Source: Neophaeotheca triangularis
Taxonomy: Eukaryota
Assembly (NCBI GenBank): GCA_054600435.1
Contig: BAAIJX010000040.1
Coordinates: forward strand, 62,001-126,000
Direction of reading: 5' to 3'
DNA: 64,000 nt
Position numbers and translations under genes: made by a program
Shown: in pieces, positions 10,246-19,846 of the stretch
How positions within the stretch are numbered: the first letter of the stretch is position 1
How the letters are laid out: each line of letters begins with the position of its first letter
The notes under the pieces: generated by a model
Seen by the model: only the letters and a program-made list of their open reading frames with translations
Told to the model about the DNA's origin: nothing
Databases searched by the model: none

Positions 10246-11817
10246 ATGGCTCCTCAACGTCACCCAGACGAGCCATACCGCTCCTCCCCAGACCCTCTAC
10301 ACCCTGCTCGGGCTGGGCCGACAGAAACAAACATGTCAACAAGATCCTACGCGGCCAACTCTTGGATTGAAGTGTCGTCGCAGCCCTCATCCTCTTCTTT
10401 ATCTTCCATAGCCGAGAACGCACCATCGAGCCGCACCCACCACGATCCCCGCAATCCGCGACGCAAACGCACCGTCGGTCGTGGCAGCATTCACGGCCAA
10501 CAGGGACCTAGCACTACACGTGAGAACAACGGCAAAGGATCGAGTAGTCAAGAAGAATACTCTGAGAGCTCATCGGAAAGCGATCACATCCTTTCTTCCT
10601 CCGGTGAAGGTTTACCAAACATACCCACCATTCATTACAACACGAACCAGCCTCCGCAATTACAGAGAGGTTCAAGCTACTCCAGCGTGCCTTTCTCTTC
10701 TTCGTCTGACGACGAGAACCGTACAGCCGTCAACCATCCCCTCAGCTCCCACCGTCGAGATAGAAACAACGAAGCCTGCTTCACGCCCCAGCCAAATGCC
10801 TTCTCGCACCCTCCCAGCGCAAGCCACATGCGGAATGCCTCCCAGCCCGCGCCAGGTTCCTACTTTTCTTACCAAACAACAAGTCGACCAGCTCCTCGGC
10901 AGCAAAAGCAGCAAGACATCAGCAGCCACGCTCCCCCACCCTTTCAAGCCGCTGCTCGACACGACGAAGCACTAAGAGCAAGCCTCTCCACACTCCTATC
11001 CTGTGCAGCAGCCGCCAGGGGACTAAGCAAATCTCAAACCGCACCCAACAGCAAAGAAGACAGTCTCAAACGTCCACCAACAACAACAACAACAAGCGCC
11101 GCGCAACCCCACGCCCAGCGCTCCCGCAACCAAATCGACCCCACGAGCCTCCGCCTCGTACCCGAAAGCGCTCTCCCGGGAGCACGCAACCGACAACCGC
11201 AACCGAAAGCCAACAACCTTGGGGAGCCAATCTTCTCCCCAACCCTCCGCCGCACGTCCACCCCCTCCTCCCCCTCCTCCCCACAACCCTCAAACGCCGT
11301 GCACCCAAAACGCAAAAGCCAGCCCCGCACCTCTTCACGCCCCAAACGCCGCCGCTCCCGCCCTCACTCCCCCTCCTCGCGCTCCTCCAGCCTCTCCCTT
11401 TCATCCCAAACCCAGCAAAACCCCAACAACTCTTCCAACTTCAACTCCTCAGACCCCGTAACCCCGACCCTCTTGACCTGGGTCCTCAGCGCGGGCGTCG
11501 TGGTGGTCTTTTCCGCTCTTAGCTTTGGCGCGGGTTTCGCCATGGGGAGGGAGAGTAACGGGGCCGAGGCGGGGAATTGCGGGTTTTGGGAAGGGGGGGA
11601 GTGGGTTGGGGCGGCTAGTGGGAGAGGGGCGGCTGTGGGTGTGGGTGTAGGTGTTGGGAGTGGGAGTGGGAGTGGGAGTGGGAGTGGGAGTGGGAGTTGC
11701 GCCAGGGAATTCATCGGCGTGGGGGGTGGAGGAGGCGGTGGTGGTGGTGGTGTGGGAGGGGGATTGGGCGGACGGGGCCTTTTGAGGCGTGAGATTGCCG
11801 GTGTGGGACAAGTCTAA
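10246..11817 (+). CDS. Hypothetical protein: disordered Ser/Pro-rich body, N-terminal LIR/AIM-like motif, C-terminal transmembrane anchor
   Basis: ATG at 10246. SWIEV at 10360-10374, helix HDEALRASLSTLLSCAAAARGL, TM segment PTLLTWVLSAGVVVVFSALSFGAGFAMGRE (~11464-11553), Gly/Ser-rich tail. Confidence 0.8.
   Translation: MAPQRHPDEPYRSSPDPLHPARAGPTETNMSTRSYAANSWIEVSSQPSSSSLSSIAENAPSSRTHHDPRNPRRKRTVGRGSIHGQQGPSTTRENNGKGSSSQEEYSESSSESDHILSSSGEGLPNIPTIHYNTNQPPQLQRGSSYSSVPFSSSSDDENRTAVNHPLSSHRRDRNNEACFTPQPNAFSHPPSASHMRNASQPAPGSYFSYQTTSRPAPRQQKQQDISSHAPPPFQAAARHDEALRASLSTLLSCAAAARGLSKSQTAPNSKEDSLKRPPTTTTTSAAQPHAQRSRNQIDPTSLRLVPESALPGARNRQPQPKANNLGEPIFSPTLRRTSTPSSPSSPQPSNAVHPKRKSQPRTSSRPKRRRSRPHSPSSRSSSLSLSSQTQQNPNNSSNFNSSDPVTPTLLTWVLSAGVVVVFSALSFGAGFAMGRESNGAEAGNCGFWEGGEWVGAASGRGAAVGVGVGVGSGSGSGSGSGSGSCAREFIGVGGGGGGGGGGVGGGLGGRGLLRREIAGVGQV
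11656..11697 (+). repeat. (GGGAGT)n coding microsatellite encoding Gly-Ser repeats
   Basis: About 7 consecutive GGGAGT units read directly. Confidence 0.85.
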
Positions 11818-12093
11818 ATTTCGCGTCCTCTTTTTCTTTTGCCAGTTGAGGGTACCGGAGCGTGCTAATCATGGACGCTCGGAGCGCTCGCTCGCCTGAC
11901 TTCTCGGTTCTTCCTTCTACTAGCCAGTCCCAGCTATTCCTTAACTCCAGTCTAGACTCCGTCTGCTTCACTTCACCACTCTTTCTTCCCCTCGCTCGTC
12001 GTGCAAACTATCTACCTGCCCACTCCTCTCATTCCGTCCGCTCTCTCGACTTTTCTTTCTTCTTATACCTCGCCGCATTGTCCGTCGCCTCGA

Positions 12094-12114
12094 CTCTCTC
12101 TCTCTCTCTCTCTC
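12094..12114. repeat. (CT)n microsatellite
   Basis: About 10 CT units read directly. Confidence 0.85.
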
Positions 12115-12717
12115 TTGAGATCCTAGGCTCTCGCGCTTCCATATCAAATGAAACCACCTAGTCAGCCAAAAATCCCAATCCAAAACCAAACCCCCCAAAG
12201 CGCCCGCGATTACCTACACTAAACCAGTAAGGGCCACTGGGCCATCTATCCCTCCCTCTCGGGTTCAAGTCCAACTACTCGGGCAAAGTGAGTTGTTGTC
12301 ATTCCGGCTGCTCTTTGCCTCAGGGTGTCCATGCGGATTCATGGAGACTTGCTTGCTTACTTATTATTGGGGCCGAAGGGGGAGGAAAGGGTTTTGCTGC
12401 TTTTTGGAGGTGGTGAGGAGAGGACGTATGTGGGTTTGAGTGAATGTGTTTCGACATGTGCTGCGCCTGGAGCTGTTTTTTTTTTTTTTTCAACAAGTTT
12501 AGCGAGCATAGCGCAGTAGTGGCGAAGTGTCGATGGGGCTTGCTGGGGGAAAAAACTACTCTGACCTCCCTCTTCACCCCTCCGCAGACTGCCTAGCTTC
12601 ACAGCAGCCAGCAGCCCAACGACATCTGCTCTCCCTTCTCGATCGACTTTTCGCCCACAAGCACCTTCCCAACTCCCATCCAACCCACCCGCCCGCCTCT
12701 CCAGTCTCGGAAACCCT

Positions 12718-13884
12718 CTACCGCCCAAACCTCCCCTCAACCCCAGCAAACCCCCTCAACCCCCTCAAAAATCCCGCATATCCAACGCCACCCCTGTGAT
12801 CCCTACGCCAACTCATCTCCGTCAACCGGACCTGCCAAGGCGGATACCCGTCAAGACAAACGCGCTCGCCAAACAACAAAAGCAAATCCGGCTCGCCCAT
12901 GACCGAAGCCGTGAGTTCGGAATCGATCAGTTCGGTCGTGATGTCCTGGGGCGAGATTTGTTGGTTTTGGGACAGGGTTGTGAGGGTTTTGGTCAGGTCT
13001 GTTAGGGTTTGGCGGGAGTTTTGGGCTGAGAGGAGGAGGAGGGTTAGGTGTGGGGTTTGGGGCGGTGTGGAGGGGGTGAGGTTGGTGAGGGGTTCTTGGT
13101 GGGGGGTGCGGAGGGTTAGGGTGGGAAGGGGAGGGGAGGCGCTGCCGTGGTAGATTTGGAGTGTGTTGAGGATGCGCGTGCGGAGATGGGGGAGTAGGGG
13201 TTTGAGTGTGCCTGGGGTTGTGTTGTTAGTACTGTGGGTGTGGGCGTAGTTTTGGGGTGGGATTTGTGACTTGCCGCTTCGTTCGTAAACGCTGAGAAAT
13301 CCAATGCCCGCGCAAGTGCACCAAGCGGCGATCTCAGCGACGTCTGCGACTAGCCTTTCGACGGCCTCCGAGTCTTCTTCTAGCACCCCTCCCATGCCAT
13401 CGCCGACTTCAATCTCGTAAGCGCCGGTTTCGCTCCTGTTTTGGGACTTGGAGCTACTCTCCAACGACAATACAACACTCAAATGCTGAGGAACCTTTTT
13501 TAAACCACCAACGTCCCGCTTGATCAATTCCGGCGTGCGGTGGTGGTGATAGAGCACCGCTTGGGCCCTGTCGAGAAGGGCATTTTTGAGTTTTCGCAGA
13601 CGAAGGTAGAGATCGAAGACGAGGTGGATGCTCCAGAAGAGGAAGAGGTGGAGGAGGTGTGCTAGGGTAGAGCGGATGCTGCGGTATTGACGGCGGGACT
13701 TGACCGAGGGTTTGTTGGAGTTTTCTGGTTTGCGGCGACGGGAGGTTCGACGCGAGGATGGCGTGGAGCTGGGACCAGCGGGTAGGTAGGGACGGAGGAG
13801 TTGCTCGCGGTCGCGGGGGCTTAGAGGGCGTCCATCGGCGTTGGTGTCGGTGGTAAGGGGAGAGTTTGCTAGGCGGCCGGGCAT
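12718..13884 (-). CDS. NUS1: Dehydrodolichyl diphosphate synthase complex subunit (NgBR/Nus1); exons 13884-13275 and 13211-12718
   Basis: YHHHRTPELIKRDV, PQHLSVVL, EIAAWCTCAGIGFLSVYERS|GTLK, EPDLLLLFG..LDGYPPWQVRLTE and C-terminal RFGR (RxG motif). A 63-nt GC-AG intron lies at 13212-13274. Confidence 0.9.
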   Translation of the reverse strand: MPGRLANSPLTTDTNADGRPLSPRDREQLLRPYLPAGPSSTPSSRRTSRRRKPENSNKPSVKSRRQYRSIRSTLAHLLHLFLFWSIHLVFDLYLRLRKLKNALLDRAQAVLYHHHRTPELIKRDVGGLKKVPQHLSVVLSLESSSKSQNRSETGAYEIEVGDGMGGVLEEDSEAVERLVADVAEIAAWCTCAGIGFLSVYERSGKSQIPPQNYAHTHSTNNTTPGTLKPLLPHLRTRILNTLQIYHGSASPPLPTLTLRTPHQEPLTNLTPSTPPQTPHLTLLLLSAQNSRQTLTDLTKTLTTLSQNQQISPQDITTELIDSELTASVMGEPDLLLLFGERVCLDGYPPWQVRLTEMSWRRDHRGGVGYAGFLRGLRGFAGVEGRFGR

Positions 13885-14384
13885 AGTTGAGAGTTGTGTC
13901 GAATGTGAATGTTAGGAGATTGATGCCTTGGCTGGTAGTGTATGAGGATGTTTGCACGTGTATAAAAGGAGAGACTGGGAAAGAAAAGGACACTGAAAGG
14001 TTGTTGAAGATAAAGTTGTCGTTCCCAGACGTCGTAGTCTTCCAATCTGTTGTCGCTGTCGCCAATGCGCGAACTTGGTCACTTTCTTGGAACCAACGTC
14101 AGCAGTGTCAGTCGTACTTGTCTGTCTCTTCTCAGCCACACTTTCGACAAAACGTTCCTGCAGCTTCGGCACCTAATCCAAGGCTCGGTCCGCCGCATGT
14201 TTACGCCACAGCAAAAGCTGCCTTGCCGACGTTTCCGCCGCTGACAAACACTTCGAGGGTCCATCCACCTTGCCGCCTTGAGATCACCAATATCGTCGCC
14301 ATCAAGCCCAGCTCTACCTACTTCCACTACAACAACAAACCACCAACCTCAACTTGAACCAATTCGCAACCACACCCCCAAGCA

Positions 14385-14714
14385 ATGTCCTCCCAACCAG
14401 CCCCAAACGGTACGCCCACCCCGCCACCCCAACCCACACTCCCCCAATCTAACAATCATCCCCCCCTCCTAACAGCCTCCGGCGGCATCAACAACCTCGC
14501 CTCCTCCCTCAAACCCTCGCCCGCAGACCCAAACAACCCCTCCTCCCAAACCGAAGCCACGCAAAAAGTAAAACCCTGTTGCGTCTGCAAAGACGAAAAG
14601 AGCGCGCGGGATGAGTGCATGCTGTTCAGCAGTGCCGCGGATCCGCAGGAGGATTGCAAGGGCATGGTTGAGAAGTATAGGGGGTGTATGAAGGGGTTTG
14701 GGTTTAATGTCTAG
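14385..14714 (+). CDS. COX17: Cytochrome c oxidase copper chaperone; probable 66-nt intron at 14410-14475
   Basis: KPCCVCKDEKSARDECMLF...C...YRGCMKGFGFNV (CC motif plus twin-Cys helices). Intron GTACGC...CTAAC...CAG preserves frame. Confidence 0.92.
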   Translation: MSSQPAPNGTPTPPPQPTLPQSNNHPPLLTASGGINNLASSLKPSPADPNNPSSQTEATQKVKPCCVCKDEKSARDECMLFSSAADPQEDCKGMVEKYRGCMKGFGFNV

Positions 14715-15407
14715 AGGAGAGGGATGGGGGAGTGCTTGGAGGGAGGGGTGGGTGAAGGTGGGATGGAAGTGGCTATGGGATGAGGGATTTGTGTTCGAGG
14801 AGTGAGTGGGTGATGGGTGATTGTTTGATGGGATCGGGAATATTGCATTTGCACTGGTGTTTCGTCTTGGGAGACTGGGATGGGTCACGGCGTCTTTTGA
14901 GTCGGAATTTTGGATACTGGACCGTATTGTGGATATGTAAAAGAATTGTACAATACACCTACCTCGCTAGTAGTAGTCACACACGCTTTGTTGCGTTCGG
15001 ATCAATCCCTTGAAAAAGTAGGCGTGCAACTAGCGAAGTTCAAACAGCGCCTTTGATATGACAGGGGCTTTGGAGAAGCGCGCTTGAGACAAGATCGTTG
15101 CTTAGCCGTTCGCTAGCAGTCTCATCTATGCTAGAACAGTGTTCCCAAGTAGAAAGACAAGAAAACACCGAATACATCACTGAAGCCAAGCCACAAATGT
15201 TGACCCCCTGGAAGCAGGAACGGCTCGGCGATTATCCGTTTTCCCTACCAAAGCACAATCGTGGGTATTGGTCGCCCGTCTCCTTCCAGTTAAAACGCCG
15301 CCCAAACGCCAAACCACCTCATTGACACTGCCAAATCAACAACTCTTTCCCTTCGGTCAGTCCCCATAACCTCCAACCTCCGGCTTCTACCTCATCCCCT
15401 CACCCCC

Positions 15408-16078
15408 TCACCGCCTCTTAACAGCAAACGGACTCCCCTCAGCCGCCCCGGCCGGATCAAAAGCCAAGAGCGTCGTAAAATACAACCCAACAAACCTAAC
15501 CAACTTCGCAACCCACCCAGCCCTCTGCGCAAAACCCGCAGGACTAGCAAGCAACCCCCCCACATCCAAACCCCCCAAACCAAACCCAGCACCGACACCC
15601 CCGCTCCCCCTTCCAGCCCCAGAAGACACCCCCTCACCCCCGAGCGTCCGCCCCTTGCTCTCAAAAACCGCCGCCCCCTCCTTCGCAGCCCTGGCTTCCG
15701 CGCCCGCAACCGCGGCTCTCAGCGCCGCCACGTTCGCGCCCCGCACCGTCTCCACTACTGAACTGCCTTTGAGGACGAGGAAGGTGGGCATGGCGCTGAT
15801 GCCGTAAGTGCTGGCGATTTCGCGCTGGTCGTCGACGTTGACTTTGCAGAAAGCGAGTTTGCCCGGTTTGGAGGAGGAGGCGAGGGTGTTGAAGACGGGG
15901 GAGATTTGTTTGCAGGGGCCGCACCACTGGGGGCTTGGGGTTAGCTGGATTTTCTATTTAGGGGAGGGATTGGGGGGATGCTTACGTCTGCGTAGAAGTC
16001 GATGATGGTGTAGGTGTTGGAGGTTGTGAGGGTCTTGAGATGGGCGGGGGAGGTTATAGGGACGACCTTGGAGGCCAT
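15408..16078 (-). CDS. Thioredoxin with a C-terminal extension; exons 16078-15986 and 15926-15408
   Basis: MASKVVPITSPAHL...IIDFYAD|WCGPCKQISPVF...FCKVNVDD...ISAMPTFLV...VRGAN after removing a 59-nt GTAAGC...CTAAC...CAG intron (15927-15985). Tail contains FESKGRTLGG and hydrophobic LVRFVGLYFTTLLAFDP. Confidence 0.9.
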
Positions 16079-16726
16079 TGCTGCGGTTGAGGCAGTGGTT
16101 GAGGTGCTTGGATGGTGTTGGAGGAGTGCAAGTTGGTGGAATTACTAGTAGAGGGAGCGACAGTGACAGCTCGCTGTGGTTGTCCAGGGCCAGGTGGAGT
16201 GTCGAGATGCTGACTAATAGGATGATGCGGGGAGATCCTGGGAAAGGCCCCACTCCCAGCATGCAGGTTCCATGTTGAATTGGAAAAGGTACTAGACACA
16301 ACTTTTCCTTCCGTGAGACGAGACAGAAAGCCATCAATGGGCCAAGTAGCAGAGAGAAAGCAGGATCACCGCCCCTTAGCGCAGCACAAGGCCAATCACA
16401 TAGCAGCCATCGAGTAAAGATTATCATTTCGCTCTTTTGAATTCATTCTTCTAGAACCCCCCAACCAGACCATCCATTTAGCTACTAGCCCACTCCACCC
16501 GAGGAAGGATTGCTGCACCACGCCCCGTTCCTTTTGACGAGAAACTTCATGTGCTGGGTAGACCATCGCGATTAACCTCACCCAATCCATCGTGATAGCT
16601 CGACCAAGACCATTGCGAAAAGAACCGCCAAACCGCTGAGCGGAGCATCGACGCTCTCCGGAAACCTTTCGCAAATGAGCGGCTCCTTCACTCTGGTCCA
16701 TGAATTCGTTCGCATTCCGAGCGCGT

Positions 16727-18902
16727 CTACAGAGCCGAGAAGACGAAGAGCTGTGGAGTATTCAAGTCAGCAAAGAGTCCTCTTCTTGCCACGCACGAAA
16801 CCGCAGTAAAGGAGCGAAAGGGGTTGGATGCACTCACATTATTAGTAGCAGCAATAGCAATGCTATCCTCCTGCGGATGCCAGCTCATGTGCAAAATCTT
16901 CTTGTTGAAATCAATCTGATCGGCATCCGTCTCCTTACGCATCCTCTGGGCACCACCAGCGGGGCTATTGGCCCTGCTTCCCTTCTTGCCGCCTTCTTTA
17001 CCACCAGAGCTGCCCGGGCTCGTGCCGCCCATGGGAGTCGGGATTCCGACCTTTTTGGCCTTGAAAGCGGACTTGTCGGCTTGCAGCACAACTTCAGTGT
17101 CGTTGCCGGGTTCTGTAGGGTAGATCATGAAATTGTTGTTGTAAGAGCCTGTCATGACGTTGCGGGCGTCGCCGGAGAAGGTGACTTCGAACTTGTCGAA
17201 GATTGAGTCGTTCTCGTACGTATCGCAGAGGCGGGGCCGGAGGTGCTCGTGGATGGGGATGGTTTTGACTGGCTGGCGCTCCATGTTGACGTCCCAGATT
17301 TTGACCGTCAGGTAGTCGCGCGAGAGGATGTAGCGGCCGTCGTTGGAGAAGCGTACGTCGGAGATGGAGGAGATGATCTCACTGAAGAAGGAGCGAGAGG
17401 AGGGGTCTTCTTCTTGTTCGAATTCTGGGTGGGTGTATTAGCAGGAGCATATTTCATGCCAGTTTGTGACAAGACTTACGTTTCACATGTTCGTCACAGA
17501 GCGCCTTCTCTCGCATGTCCGCAAGCTTGATAGTACCCTTGCTCGAAGCATACATGAACCAGTTGCAGCTCGTGGGGTGAAACTCCGCGGCAGTGATGAC
17601 TTCCGTCAGTTCCTCCATGTTCGCCGGTTTGATGTCGACGATGTTGAAGCTCTGATCTTGAATGTTGAGGTTCCACAGGTTTATCCGTAGGTCGTCGCTG
17701 CTGATGAAGGTCTCACCATCGCTGTTGACGGATATGCTGTTGATGTGGTAGGCGTGCGCGTTGGCGTACACTCTCCTGGGCACGGCGGCGACGACTGTGT
17801 CGTGGTGGGTCATGCGAGGAAATTTGAGGTCGGCGACGCTTCGAAAGTGGTGGTTGGGATATCGGACGGGACCACCACCGTTGGCGGCGCCATTACCAGC
17901 GGGTGTGAGTTCGGAGGAGAGGTTGTTCTCGGATACCACCTTGAGTGATTTCTCAAACACCTTCCACAGCTTGATTGTCTTGTCGTTTGTCGAAAGAAGG
18001 TAGTGCGAAGCATTCTGTCGCCGGCACCACTTGATCTTGTTGATCTTCTCTTCAATCTCGAGAGATTTGAGGTAGTCGAACTCTGGCTCGTGTGACTGGA
18101 ATTCGGTGTGGAACTTGTACTCGCAGGTCTTCTTCTGTAGGGCTGTTAGCAGGGAGCTGGTGTAGTCACCAGCAGCGCTACTTACGGTCTCGTTCCGCTC
18201 GAACAACACTACCCTTCCGCCCTTGTCACCCGTCGCAAGGTAGTTGCCGGTCTGATCGAACTCGACGGTAGATATTATATCCGCCTCTGTGATGTCCTCG
18301 ACGTCGCCCTTGTCACCGAAGCATCTGCATGAAACACGTCAGCGAATCGTTCCCTCTCCCTTTCCGTACCAATGACCCTGAACGCTTGTTGGGAGCAGTG
18401 AATCGAACTGTGCAAATTTCCACCCCTTCCCTGGCTCGACCCGAGAAGGAGCAGTCCCGCCGAATGTATCAAAAGCCGCATGCTCGACAAATTCATAACC
18501 CGTATCGCTTCCGAGCTTCCCATTACCCTCTGCGCCGTTTCTCTCGTCTTCGGAACCGCCACGACGCGTCTCAAGCCCTTGCCCTTGGTGTTGCGCATCC
18601 TTCAACTCCCTCTCATGTCTCTCCGAGCTACGATTTGTGCCATCCCCCAACACATTCCTCCAAGCCCGAAACATGCTGCTCTTCCTGCAAGAATCCCTAG
18701 CCGTTCTAGTAACAAGCACGACAAACAATGTCGCAAGCCCGCGAAGTCACGTAAAAGCAGAGTGCTCTAAAGTACTGCTCCCAACAAAGCAATGTCGTGT
18801 TGTAACACTACAAGTGAAGAAGTAGGAGTGTGAGAAAAGCAAAAGAACTTACTGCGTGAACTTCCACGTCGGCGGCGGCGTGCTCTCCCCAGCTTCGACC
18901 AT
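16727..18902 (-). CDS. CDC55: Protein phosphatase 2A regulatory subunit B55; exons 18902-18853, 18324-18186, 18134-17480, 17424-16838, 16750-16727
   Basis: [109 protein letters not shown]. All four introns are canonical GT-AG and restore frame. Confidence 0.95.
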
Positions 18903-19846
18903 CTTCCCTTCCTTGCCTGCTTGAACACGAACGAAGGAAATCCGTAGAGAGCTCTCGCGCTTGCCTGGGCTGTTCAGGCTCCTGCTTTTACTTGTACTCC
19001 TGCTTGGCGCTTGTTTCTGGCCGTGGTATTTCCTTCGCTTCAAGAAGCGCTTGGCTGTTCAATTGACTGGCCTGGCCTAGAGAGGATTCTGGTATGTTTT
19101 GAAAGGCCGTGAAGGTGAGTTTTGTAGGCAGTACGTCAGAGGGTTCGCGAAGCAAAGCGGTCAAGCCGAGCCTTTCAGGATAATGACGGAAGCGGAAGCG
19201 GGCGCGACGGAGGGTCTAGTCGGCGGTGAGGGCGGCGTGTGGTTGGGTGAAGGGTACTGAAGCAGCAGTTGGCGTGTATGAGGCCCTGGGAGTATTGAGG
19301 ATGGAGTGGTAGTAGTAGTAGCAGTGATAGTAGTAGATGTAGATGGACAAGGTACAGTACAGTACCTGGCTGGGGCGAGCCGCTGGATGCGTGAGAGAAC
19401 GACGCCCAGCCTTTGTGGTGGGGCAACCTAACCTCACGTCCATCCTCTAGACAGCTTACATAATAAAGAGATTCGATTGAAGTTCTTCCAAGGTTCTGTA
19501 CAAGTACCTACAGGACGATAGCTATTATTCGAGAATTGTTCTAATGCTGTAGTAAAAGGCGTATATACTGATAGTACCTTGAACAATCTACTCTCCGTCG
19601 TTGTTTCCCACCGCAGTCCTTGCACTTCATGTATGCAGCGGACGCCAAAAGAAGAGTGAAACCACTCCAGTTTCAAACGCTAAGTACGCAATAGACTCGT
19701 CACATCTAAGAGGAAAATGCTATCAAGTACAAGAAAGACGACACGTCTAATACAGCTCCCAGCCTTGCACAGAGGTGTCTCAGCTGTGTCACTGTTTGTC
19801 CACCATCACACCCAGCCATTCCCGCAACCAAGAAGAGTAAACAGAT

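Noticed and set aside
4660..13884. ALG6 and NUS1 (both dolichol-related) as a pathway cluster; likewise CYS3 with the sulfate permease
   Set aside because: They are separated by unrelated housekeeping genes and I found no convincing shared motif; proximity is plausibly chance.
13887..14357. 156-aa ORF between NUS1 and COX17
   Set aside because: TTG start, no recognisable features, and it lies across a short divergent promoter.
7191..18852. Intronic snoRNAs in the two long introns
   Set aside because: No convincing box C (RTGATGA) and box D (CTGA) pair or H/ACA layout seen by eye; an Rfam scan would be needed.
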